This document shows positions 36,905 to 46,158 of a stretch of DNA of 60,645 nucleotides, one piece after another (the first letter of the stretch is position 1; each line of letters begins with the position of its first letter). Position numbers and translations under genes: made by a program. The notes under the pieces were generated by a model, which saw only the letters and a list, made by a program, of their open reading frames with translations, made no database searches and was not told the DNA's origin. Source of the DNA: an uncultured Desulfobacterales bacterium (lineage in GTDB: Bacteria > Desulfobacterota > DSM-4660 > Desulfatiglandales > HGW-15); NCBI GenBank assembly GCA_964512335.1, contig CAZEIA010000001.1, positions 1-60,645 on the forward strand, written 5' to 3'.

Positions 36905-38136
36905 ATGATAAATGTCGTAATTGTATCTGCTTGTATAACACCTATAGGGACCTTAGGACGCACTCCGAGATAGAAATGCGGAAATTATTGGTAATGTGAC
37001 AATGAAATAAGCGGTGAACTGGGAATTTATTGATCCGTACGACATCTATGATGTCCTATTTGGATGCTGTATGGAGTCGTAAGACTCCTTGAATGTTGCT
37101 CTTATTTGTGCACTACTGACAGGTATCACCGAATCGGTGCCAGCTGTAACCATAAACCGCGTGTGTGCTTCCGGCATGGAGGCCATGATTTCCGGATGAC
37201 CATGCTTCAGGCGGACATGTCCAATGTCGTTTTGGGAGGCGGGGTTGGACACATTTCTGGTGTTTCCTACACCGTACCCAGTGAATGCTGGGGCTGACGA
37301 CTTCAGGATCAAACATTGGTAGATGCCCTTATGCGAAATTTGACCTGCGGGTCCCATATTATTTCTCATCCCGAAACCGGGCCTGCAAACCCTGAGCAAC
37401 CGCCACTATCCTTTTTCAAAGGAAAACCGTATCTCATGGGCCATACGGCAGAATTTGTTGCTCAATATTCGAATATCAGCCGTGAAAAGAGATGCGTGAA
37501 ATAGCCTTACGGAGCCATAATAATGTGGAATTTGCGAGCAATGACGGCAGTTTCAGAGAAGAGATCGTAGTCATGGAGGTTGCACAACGGAAAAGGAGCG
37601 CCATTATATTTGATAAAGATGAACATTTTCGGCAGGGCTTGCGAATAGAAGATCTTCAGAAGCTTCCACCAGCCTTTGTGGCCGATATTGGGAAAGTGAC
37701 GGCTGGGAACTCCAGGGCATAAATGATGGGGCTGCAGCCATGATTATCATGTCCGCTGAAAAGGCACGAGAGCTTGGGTGTCAGCCAATTGCGAGAATCA
37801 AGCCCATAGGTAGGGGCGCTTGTCATCCTTCTGCCATGGGGCTGTCGCCCGTACCAGCGGTTCAAGACGTTAGGGATAGAAGCGGGCTCAAGATATCGGT
37901 TTTTGAGCTGATCGAAATCAATGAGGCGTTTGTATCTCAGTACCTTGGTTGTGAAAAGGAACTTGGATTGAATCGCTAGATCACAAATGTGAACGGATCA
38001 TCCGGTATGCGCTACAGGTACGCGAATAGTCGTTTCCCTGATTTATGCCATGAAAAAGAGAGGAGACAGTTTGGGCCTGGCCACTTTGTGCGGAGGCGGA
38101 GAGGTTTCCATGGCATGTGATATCGTGATGATTTAG
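36905..38136 (+). pseudogene. acetyl-CoA acetyltransferase (thiolase) pseudogene with multiple stops and frameshifts
   Basis: Thiolase signature blocks are spread over several frames: MINVVIVSACITPIGTLG..* (stop 36971-36973), GITESVPAVTINRVCASGMEAMISG*, DMSNVVLGGGVGHISGVSYTVP, FVADIGKVTAGNS, MIIMSAEKARELGCQPIARI..MGLSPVPA..ELIEINEAFVSQ, and [22 protein letters not shown]. Confidence 0.85.
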
Positions 38137-38322
38137 TCATTGGAAAAAACGGATCTCTGAAATCGGGAGTTTTGCTCTTTGATAGCAGCAAACAGAACCA
38201 GTTAAGGATGATCAGCACAATAACATTCTCAGCATCATTGGCCCTCTAATCATTCCGATGGAGGAGGAGCGGAAAACGGAATTTCCAACGTTAACCGCCG
38301 AACACGGTGCGAAGAGTTCTGG

Positions 38323-40074
38323 ATGATAAATAGCGCCCTTGTGCCCACCACACAGGAAGAGCTGGATCACCTGGGATGGCCGGACCTGGATGTGATCCTG
38401 GTCTCTGGAGACACGTATGTCGACAGCCCACATATCGGGGCTGCCGTTATCGCACGGGTGCTGCTTGCCGCCGGTTTTCGGGTGGGCATCATCGCCCAGC
38501 CGAACATTCAGGATGGCCGCGATATTCAAAGGCTTGGAGAACCCGGCCTTTTCTGGGGAGTTACCGGCGGAAACGTGGATTCCATGGTGGCCAACTACAC
38601 CCCATCGGGACGGCGGCGCAAAACGGACGATATGACTCCCGGCGGCCGAAACACGCGCCGGCCCGACCGCGCGGTGCTGGTTTACAGTAACTTGATCCGG
38701 CGTCATTTCAAGCAGACCCGGCCTATTGTGCTCGGCGGCATCGAGGCAAGCCTGCGGCGCATCTCGCACTACGATGCGTGGTCCGATTCGGTGCGGCGGT
38801 CAGTCCTTTTCGACGCCAAGGCCGACTTGCTGCTATACGGCATGGCCGATGAGAGTGTGGTGGCGCTGGCGCACAAGCTGAAAAAAGGTGAGGCGGCGCA
38901 TACCCTGCCCGGTCTGTGCTATATCAGTCCCGGTCTTCCGTTGCCCGATGACCGCTGGAGCGGTCCGGACGTGCAAATGCCCGCCCATGCACAGGTGCGC
39001 GAAGACAAACAGGCCTTCACCCGCATGTTCGACATTTTTTACGCCAACGCCGATCCTGCGATCGGCCGAAGGCTGATTCAGCAGCAGGATACCCGCTATC
39101 TGGTCCAGAACCCTCCGCCTGCGCCACCTGCCCCCGATGCACTGGATGCCGTCTATGCGCTGCCCTATACAAGGGAGGTGCACCCTTTCTACAGGCAGGA
39201 TGGAGCTGTGAGGGCCCTGGAGACCATTCGGTTTTCCCTGACCACCCACAGGGGCTGTTTTGGCGGATGCCGCTTTTGCGCTATCACGGTGCACCAGGGC
39301 CGGCAGGTGGTCTCCCGCAGCCGGGATGCCATCGTGCGAGAAGCCGCTGCTCTGACATGCCACCCGGCGTTTCGAGGGATCATCTCGGATGTGGGCGGGC
39401 CTACGGCCAACATGTACGGCATGACCTGCCGGTCAGCGCGTCAAAAGGGAAGCTGTGTTGACAAAGGCTGCCTCTTTCCACGGCCGTGCAAGAGCCTTGT
39501 GGCGGATCACAGCGCCCAAATCGAGCTGTTGCGGGCCCTGCGCGCCGTTGCCGGCGTTCGCAGGGTGTTTGTCGCCTCGGGACTGCGCTACGACCTGGTC
39601 CTGGCCGACAAGCGGCACGGCCGATGTTATCTGGACGAGTTGCTGCGCCATCATGTCTCCGGGCAGCTCAAAATTGCGCCTGAACATATTGACGATACAC
39701 TGCTGAGGCGGATGGGCAAGCCTGACCGGCAAAGCCTGGAAGCCTTCATCCGGCAGTTCGACCTGACAAACCGCCGCATTCCCCAGCGGCGGTTTCTGAC
39801 CTACTATTTCATGGCCGCCTTTCCGGGCTGTTCCGAACAGGAAATGGTTCGCCTGCGTATCTTTGCCGAACGCACCCTGGGACTGGTGCCCGAACAGGTG
39901 CAGATCTTTACCCCGACTCCCTCCACATACGCCACCGTAATGTACCACACCGGCATCGACCCCTTCACAGGCGAAGACCTGTTCGTGGAAAAAAACTTGC
40001 GGGCAAAGGCAAAACAAAAGGCGCTGGTTGTGGAAAAAGAGCGCCGTGGACGAAAAAAGGGCGGGCCGGGCTAA
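38323..40074 (+). CDS. ygiQ: YgiQ-family (UPF0313) radical SAM protein
   Basis: N-terminal LGWPDLDVILVSGDTYVDSPHIGAAVIARVLLAAGFRVGIIAQP and radical SAM HRGCFGGCRFCAI. The C-terminal tail is basic. Confidence 0.85.
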   Translation: MINSALVPTTQEELDHLGWPDLDVILVSGDTYVDSPHIGAAVIARVLLAAGFRVGIIAQPNIQDGRDIQRLGEPGLFWGVTGGNVDSMVANYTPSGRRRKTDDMTPGGRNTRRPDRAVLVYSNLIRRHFKQTRPIVLGGIEASLRRISHYDAWSDSVRRSVLFDAKADLLLYGMADESVVALAHKLKKGEAAHTLPGLCYISPGLPLPDDRWSGPDVQMPAHAQVREDKQAFTRMFDIFYANADPAIGRRLIQQQDTRYLVQNPPPAPPAPDALDAVYALPYTREVHPFYRQDGAVRALETIRFSLTTHRGCFGGCRFCAITVHQGRQVVSRSRDAIVREAAALTCHPAFRGIISDVGGPTANMYGMTCRSARQKGSCVDKGCLFPRPCKSLVADHSAQIELLRALRAVAGVRRVFVASGLRYDLVLADKRHGRCYLDELLRHHVSGQLKIAPEHIDDTLLRRMGKPDRQSLEAFIRQFDLTNRRIPQRRFLTYYFMAAFPGCSEQEMVRLRIFAERTLGLVPEQVQIFTPTPSTYATVMYHTGIDPFTGEDLFVEKNLRAKAKQKALVVEKERRGRKKGGPG

Positions 40075-40275
40075 CGCGGGGGCGAGTCAAGGGGGTGCGC
40101 CCCAAGGAAATTATTCTCCGGCCGGGTCGCTCGCCGCGTGTAGCATAAGGCGTGTCGCTGTAGCGAAATGCGGCCTGCGGGTTTGACCGTTACACGAATA
40201 TAAATTAGAATCTCTCCAGAGTCGTTCCCGAATACCCCGGTCTCTTTCCCCTCTTTTCCGAATAAGGAGCCATCC

Positions 40276-41964
40276 ATGCAGAACCGCCATTATTCTCGAA
40301 CATTACTTACAGTTTTTCTGTCAGCGATCACAGTATTTGCTGCAGCGGCTTTCCCGTTCCATGCAGGGGCCGGCGAAATTGCCGCACAAAGCAGGATGGT
40401 TGCGGCAACGATCTACCCGAATCGGGCCACTTTGATACGTGAGGCCCTGGTGGATGTCCCGGCCGGAGCAAGCGTGGTCGTGTTTAGGGGGCTGCCTGCG
40501 AATTTATTGACTGATTCCTTGCGGGCCGAGGGCCGGGGAGGAGCCAGGGTCAGGTTCAGCGCCCTGACGCACAGGCTGGAGGCACAGGCCGAACTCATTG
40601 TGCCAAGGGAGCGGGAGCTGGTTGCCCGGATTGAGCAGTTGCAGGACCAACGCAAAGGGATTGAGGCGGAAAGGAAGGGTCTGGCTGCACAACGACAATT
40701 CATAGAGAATATCGGGCAGCAGGCCGGCCGGCGCGTGGGCGAAGAAATTGTGGAGCTCCGCCTCAACCCCGGCGAGTGGAGTCAGGCGGCGGAAGTCATC
40801 GGGAGCTCCCTTAAGGACATACTAAAGGCTGATCTTGATCACCAGCTCGCACTGCGTGATCTTGACCGCAAACTGAAAGCCCTCGAGACGGAGCTTTCGC
40901 AGCTGCGAACCGGCCTCCGCAACAGCCATTCCGTTCAACTGCCCCTGGAGGCCGATGAGGCCACACGCTTGAGCGTCCGTCTTCAGTATCAGGTCCCGGG
41001 CGTTTCCTGGCGGCCGGTGTACGATGCCAGGCTGGACACGAAGAGCGGGGAGTTGTCCCTTGTGCAATACGGGGCTGTGCGACAGAACACGGGCGAGGAC
41101 TGGATTGATGTCAAGTTGGTGCTGTCAACTGCGCAGCCGCATCGGGGCGCAAGCCTGCCTGACCTTAAACCTCTCTGGGTGGATCTATACGATCCGGAAC
41201 GGCGCGAACGTCTGTTATTGGGCGAGATGGCCCGAAAGGCGGCACCGCAGCGTGCCTTGGATGCGGATGAAATGGCCGCGGGAGAGTCCTTGGGCAGTGA
41301 AGAAGCCGAGTTTGTTGGGGCTGAAATCCGGACAGGCGGGTTTGTCACCGAATATGTCATTCCCGGCCTGGTCAGCGTGAAGGCCGATGGAACGGAAAGC
41401 AAGCTGATGTGCGGCGCCTTTGAAACCGACAACCGGATGCAGATCCAGATCAAGCCCCAAGTCAGCAATGATGCCTTTTTGGTCAGCCGCGCGGTTTTGA
41501 AAGGGGAAGCCCCCTTGCTGCCGGGCGCGGCCAGCCTGTTTCGTGACGGCGCTTATGTCGGGCGGCTCCAGCTGCCCCTGCTGCGGCCGGGTCAGGTCCG
41601 GGATATCGGTTTCGGTATTGACGACCGGATTGCCGTGACACGCAGCATCCTGAAAGACATGCGCAGCGACCCGACCCTTTTGTCCCGCGAAAATCAACTG
41701 GAGAGGCACATGGCCACAGTGATCATGAACCAAGGGTCGCAGGCGGCGGACATTGTTGTTCTGGAGACAGCGCCGACGGCCCGTAACGACCGCATCAAGG
41801 TCGAGATTCTGCAAGAGCATACGACACGGGGCTACGAGCAGGATGTGGATGATGTGAAGGGCCTTTTGCGTTGGAGCATCTCACTTGCAGCAGGAGAAGA
41901 GGCCCGCGTCACTCTCGGATGGCGCATCAGTTGGCCTAAAGACCAGGAGCTGTCCGGCCTGTAA
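40276..41964 (+). CDS. secreted DUF4140/DUF4139 (MuiA-like) protein
   Basis: Signal peptide, an N-terminal VAATIYPNRATLIREALVDVPAG pattern, a central coiled-coil and a large C-terminal domain. Confidence 0.65.
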   Translation: MQNRHYSRTLLTVFLSAITVFAAAAFPFHAGAGEIAAQSRMVAATIYPNRATLIREALVDVPAGASVVVFRGLPANLLTDSLRAEGRGGARVRFSALTHRLEAQAELIVPRERELVARIEQLQDQRKGIEAERKGLAAQRQFIENIGQQAGRRVGEEIVELRLNPGEWSQAAEVIGSSLKDILKADLDHQLALRDLDRKLKALETELSQLRTGLRNSHSVQLPLEADEATRLSVRLQYQVPGVSWRPVYDARLDTKSGELSLVQYGAVRQNTGEDWIDVKLVLSTAQPHRGASLPDLKPLWVDLYDPERRERLLLGEMARKAAPQRALDADEMAAGESLGSEEAEFVGAEIRTGGFVTEYVIPGLVSVKADGTESKLMCGAFETDNRMQIQIKPQVSNDAFLVSRAVLKGEAPLLPGAASLFRDGAYVGRLQLPLLRPGQVRDIGFGIDDRIAVTRSILKDMRSDPTLLSRENQLERHMATVIMNQGSQAADIVVLETAPTARNDRIKVEILQEHTTRGYEQDVDDVKGLLRWSISLAAGEEARVTLGWRISWPKDQELSGL

Positions 41965-42005
41965 GGAATTCCCCTTGGCACAAACAGCAGTATTCGGAAT
42001 TAAAC

Positions 42006-42380
42006 ATGGATAAATGTTCGGTACGAGCAATGGTTGCCGAAGTTCAAGATGGTAATGACTTGTTTTATGCTTTACCCCATCCTGTTCTTGCTTCACCGAT
42101 CAAGAGAGGTGTGCTTACAAAACTGGGAGACATATCCGAGTTTTTTTATGTTGACGCAGAAGCAGATAAACAAGGAAAAGACGCAAATTTTCTAGTACCC
42201 TTCGATTCCTTAAGTTCGATGTCCAATATTGTGAGAATGTTGGATCTGCGCATAATCGAAGAACTGGTGATCGATGGCGTTCGGGTGATCATTCTCAGCG
42301 ATCAAGATGATGTCCCGCATTTAAATCAGCCCCGCTTTCCGAGCAACTCCCAAAAGACGGCAGGTCCGACTGCATGCTGA
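42006..42380 (+). CDS. hypothetical protein
   Basis: ORF only, in a visibly AT-richer patch. No recognisable motif. Confidence 0.3.
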   Translation: MDKCSVRAMVAEVQDGNDLFYALPHPVLASPIKRGVLTKLGDISEFFYVDAEADKQGKDANFLVPFDSLSSMSNIVRMLDLRIIEELVIDGVRVIILSDQDDVPHLNQPRFPSNSQKTAGPTAC

Positions 42381-42707
42381 GTGGCTTCTTTTGAAGTATT
42401 ACCAGGCAACACCCCCAGCCCCAAGACCGGAGAGGCTGCATGCAACCTGCACACGAGCATGTCAGCCCAATTTGTGGACGTTTCAAGCTGACTCTCTTCG
42501 CAAAATCAAGTGTAGAAAATCCCCTTGCAGGTTTGGAGGCAAGTTGTTCATTCCCGCGTCATTTGCTATAGAAATACTCATCAAGCCCCATGATGCTCAT
42601 AAGACCGACGATCTCCTCGGTTATCCAGAGGTGATCCAGACAGTGCCCGTGAGGCGGGAACCAAAGGTCCTCGAGTTCGTTTCGTGAAAGGTGGTAGACG
42701 CGGGAAT

Positions 42708-43889
42708 ATGGACAAAAAGGACGGGACAAGGGTGATAATCCATCTGGATATGGATGCCTTCTATCCGGCCGTCGAAGTGCTGGATGCCCCGGAACTCAGG
42801 GGCAAGCCGGTGGTCGTGGGCGGAGGCCGGGAAAGGGGCGTGGTGTCTTCTGCATCATACGAGGCCCGGAAATACGGCATCCATTCCGCCCAACCAATAG
42901 CAAAGGCGATGCGGCTCTGCCCGCATGCGGTGTTTCTGCCTGTCAGGATGTCAAGGTACCGGGAGGTCTCGCTGCAGGTCTTTGAAGTCTTCCACCGTTT
43001 CACGCCGCTGCTTGAACCTCTCTCCATTGACGAGGCGTTTTTGGATGTCACAGGCTCTGCTAGGCTTTTCGGCCGGCCGGAGGATATCGCACGAAAAATC
43101 AAGAAGACCGTGTTCCGGGAGACAGGGCTTACCGCCTCAGCCGGTATTGCGCCGTCGAAATTTGTGGCAAAGATCGCCTCTGACATGGAGAAACCGGACG
43201 GTTTGACCGTAGTGCCTGAAGGGCGTGTAAGGGAATTCCTGGACCCTCTTCCTGTAAGCAGGATGTGGGGTGTTGGGGAAGTTACCCGGGAAGCGCTGGC
43301 AAAACTGAACATCACGACTTTTCGGGACCTGAACCGGACGCCGATCGAGATCCTGGAAAAGAGGTTCGGCAGGTATGGCGCCAAGATGCATAGGCTTTCC
43401 ATGGGAATGGATGAAAGAGCCGTGCAGCCCGAGCATGATGCCAAGTCCATAGGCCACGAGGAAACCTTTTCTGAGGATATTACTGATCTGGATCAGGTCA
43501 GGAAGGAGCTTCTGTCCCTTGCAGACAGAGTCGCCCGCCGAATACGACAGGACTCGCTCAAGGGAAAAACCATAACCTTGAAGGTGAAATACAGTGATTT
43601 TAAGCTGATAACGAGGTCTGCGACCCTTTCTGCCCCTACTGATGACACATCGGAGATATATTGCACTGTTTCCGGTTTGTTGAAAAAGACGGCCGTGGGG
43701 AAGAGGCCTGTTCGTTTGCTGGGTGTATCCCTATCACAGCTTGTGGGTGGTGAAAAGGATAGCCAGCTGCCTCTTTTTCTTCAAGACGAGGCATCCTGGA
43801 AAAAAAGAGAGCTGAATGCCGCTCTGGACTCCATTATCGAAAAATTCGGCGATAAGATTATCGGTCCGGGTATGCTTCTGGACAAATAA
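42708..43889 (+). CDS. dinB: DNA polymerase IV (Y-family)
   Basis: IIHLDMDAFYPAVE, SIDEAFLDVTG, and the full-length DinB pattern. ATG at 42708 is in frame. Confidence 0.9.
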   Translation: MDKKDGTRVIIHLDMDAFYPAVEVLDAPELRGKPVVVGGGRERGVVSSASYEARKYGIHSAQPIAKAMRLCPHAVFLPVRMSRYREVSLQVFEVFHRFTPLLEPLSIDEAFLDVTGSARLFGRPEDIARKIKKTVFRETGLTASAGIAPSKFVAKIASDMEKPDGLTVVPEGRVREFLDPLPVSRMWGVGEVTREALAKLNITTFRDLNRTPIEILEKRFGRYGAKMHRLSMGMDERAVQPEHDAKSIGHEETFSEDITDLDQVRKELLSLADRVARRIRQDSLKGKTITLKVKYSDFKLITRSATLSAPTDDTSEIYCTVSGLLKKTAVGKRPVRLLGVSLSQLVGGEKDSQLPLFLQDEASWKKRELNAALDSIIEKFGDKIIGPGMLLDK

Positions 43890-43972
43890 CATGCTGTCAA
43901 CAGGGATGGGGGCCGCAGGGCAAAACCCCGCTTAAGGTTCTCTGCAATGGCAGGCATGTATAGGGAGGGAAT

Positions 43973-44341
43973 ATGTCTGATTTCATAACACCTGCCGCAC
44001 AGTGGTGCACAGCGGTTATTGAGGCGCTTGGAATAGGCATCATCATGGTGATTGCGCTATCAGGGGTGTTTTATGCTGTAGTCCGGTTGCTCAGGAAAGA
44101 GGATAACGAGCTGGTCTTTCAGGAGCTTCGTCAGCGTCTCGGCAGGGGCATACTGCTTGGGCTGGAGTTTCTGATAGCGGCGGATATTATTTACACGGTT
44201 GCAGTGGAGCTATCCTTCGAGACAGTAGGTGTTTTGGGTGCTGTTGTGTTTATACGTACGTTCCTGAGTATCATGCTGGAAGTGGAATTGAACGGTAGAT
44301 GGCCCTGGCAGGACAAAAAATCGTTAGCAAGTATGAGATAA
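43973..44341 (+). CDS. DUF1622-like small membrane protein
   Basis: 122 aa with two to three TM segments and GLEFLIAADII-type motifs. Confidence 0.6.
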   Translation: MSDFITPAAQWCTAVIEALGIGIIMVIALSGVFYAVVRLLRKEDNELVFQELRQRLGRGILLGLEFLIAADIIYTVAVELSFETVGVLGAVVFIRTFLSIMLEVELNGRWPWQDKKSLASMR

Positions 44342-44569
44342 CGCCCCGTTCACAGGCCCATTAGCACGGACTGGGGCAGGGACATGGCGACGCTGGCTGC
44401 GCAGGATGTTTGAGGGCGATTGGAGAGTGAAGAAATGGAGCACACCGAATGATGCAGGGCCTGGATGAACGGCATGCCATGATATGGCATCGGGAACAGG
44501 TGTTTGAAAAAGTAAAAGGAGGGCATCCGCGATTTTGCGGACGGGTTTCTGAAGAATAAGAAGACTGCC

Positions 44570-45343
44570 TTGGACCTGGCTTTCAACGCAGTGTGCACAG
44601 GGGATTCGCTGGAGGAGGCCCTGGCGGCCTTTGCCGCCGATTCCCGGCCGGAAAATGCCCGGGAGACATTGCTGCTGGGGTCCGTCCGCCCCCTGTACAA
44701 ACACCGGAGAGCAAACCAATTGAATCAGTCGCAAAATGAGCCGTTCAGATGGGCCGATCAGATTCCTGAGGCGTTGTGGAGTGATCTGGCCGGACGGCCC
44801 CCCCAACAGGCAGCGGATGCTGTCGGTGCGGTGTGGGACGGGAGCACCTTCAAGGTGCCCCTGGTCGGGGTGGACCATACCGTCAGCCCCTCTGACGAAC
44901 GGATTATAAGGACCAACGAGGCCGGTCACAGGGTCAGCTATCAGACAGGGATGGTGTTGCTCGCTACACTGGCAATGTCCAAGGGAGTGCCTCCGAGCGG
45001 CCGTATGGTTGTGCCGCAGGAACTCCCCGGCGGCCGGATGTTTTTCACCGGGGCCCACGCGTTGGCCACCAAACCATTGGAAAAGTCGTTTGAAAAGGAT
45101 GCCGACCGGTTGATTGAACGCGCCCTTGGCCTTGGCGGTGCAGTTGTCGATGGGGCCGACTTTGCGATTCGGGTTCCGGGATTGCCGTATGTACCTCTGT
45201 ACGTGTTGTTGTGGAGAGGTGATAAGGAGTTTTCAGTAAGGGCTGTCATTGGAATCGATGACAGGGCCCATTTCCATTTGGATTTGGCGAGCGTTTTCGC
45301 CTTGACCAACATTCTTGTATCCAGACTTTGCAGGGCCCGGTGA
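44570..45343 (+). CDS. DUF3786-like protein (start uncertain)
   Basis: C-terminal two-thirds match the DUF3786 pattern (FKVPLVGVDHTV, YVPLYVLLWRGDKEF, DLASVFALTNIL). Only TTG starts are available (44570, or 44720 after a GGAGAG). Confidence 0.55.
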   Translation: MDLAFNAVCTGDSLEEALAAFAADSRPENARETLLLGSVRPLYKHRRANQLNQSQNEPFRWADQIPEALWSDLAGRPPQQAADAVGAVWDGSTFKVPLVGVDHTVSPSDERIIRTNEAGHRVSYQTGMVLLATLAMSKGVPPSGRMVVPQELPGGRMFFTGAHALATKPLEKSFEKDADRLIERALGLGGAVVDGADFAIRVPGLPYVPLYVLLWRGDKEFSVRAVIGIDDRAHFHLDLASVFALTNILVSRLCRAR

Positions 45344-45455
45344 ACGCTGCTTGAACCAATATTGCGCCCTGAGCGAAAACAGGCCTTTTACAGTCGCATC
45401 AAGGTTCAGACGGTCATATTCTGATAAGACTAATAAAGAGAGAATAAGAAAGGAG

Positions 45456-46154
45456 TTATCGAACAAGGCATTCCTCGACCCAGGGTGCGGCCAGGGCCTG
45501 AAAGCGGAGAAGGTCTGCGTCGTCAAAGGCGGGGTTTTTGCCCTCAAAGAACTCGGGGTGAAGGATTTCGGCCGGGTGAAAACGCTGTAACACGTAACGC
45601 CGCGCTCCCTGAACTGCCTTGGCGATGGAACCTATGATTACGTGGCTCACCAAGGGGCGGACGCAGGTGGTGCGGAACTCGTAGGTTTTGCAGCGATCCA
45701 TGATCAGGTGAATGCTGGTGAGGATCTCAGAGGGCGTGCACTCCTCCCGGGCGAGAAGGCTGTAGTGAAGGGGCGAGGTCTTGACGTCCATGGCTACGTA
45801 GTCTACGAGGCCCCTGTCCAGAAGGTCCTTGAGGACTGCCGGACGGCTCCCGTTCGTATCCAGTTTCACCGGATAGCCCATTTCCCGGATTCGTTCGCAC
45901 ACCTGTGCAAGGTCCGGGCTGAGCGTGGGCTCCCCGCCGGAGACCACTACGGCTTCCAGAAGGCCGCGCCGCCGCTCCAGGAAATCAAACACATACTCAT
46001 TGCTCAGGCAGGTCTCGCACGAAGGGCGTCCCCGAGCCAGGTCCGGGTTGTGACAGTAAGGACAATCGAAGTTGCATCCCGCCAGAAAGAGCACGCAACT
46101 CATCTTTCCCGGATAGTCGATGAGCGAGTGTTTCTGAAGTCCTCCGATGACCAA
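45456..46154 (-). CDS. nrdG: anaerobic ribonucleoside-triphosphate reductase activating protein
   Basis: FLAGCNFDCPYCHNP radical SAM motif. It starts 4 nt after the nrdD stop. Confidence 0.9.
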   Translation of the reverse strand: MVIGGLQKHSLIDYPGKMSCVLFLAGCNFDCPYCHNPDLARGRPSCETCLSNEYVFDFLERRRGLLEAVVVSGGEPTLSPDLAQVCERIREMGYPVKLDTNGSRPAVLKDLLDRGLVDYVAMDVKTSPLHYSLLAREECTPSEILTSIHLIMDRCKTYEFRTTCVRPLVSHVIIGSIAKAVQGARRYVLQRFHPAEILHPEFFEGKNPAFDDADLLRFQALAAPWVEECLVR

Positions 46155-46158
46155 GGCT

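Noticed and set aside
42540-42690. A protein-like minus-strand reading (..ELEDLWFPPHGHCLDHLWITEEIVGLMSIMGLDEYFYSK*) antisense to the dinB start region.
   Set aside because: The open frame is shorter than 60 aa with no start or ribosome-binding site, and no family is recognised. It may be a gene fragment, but it is unsupported.
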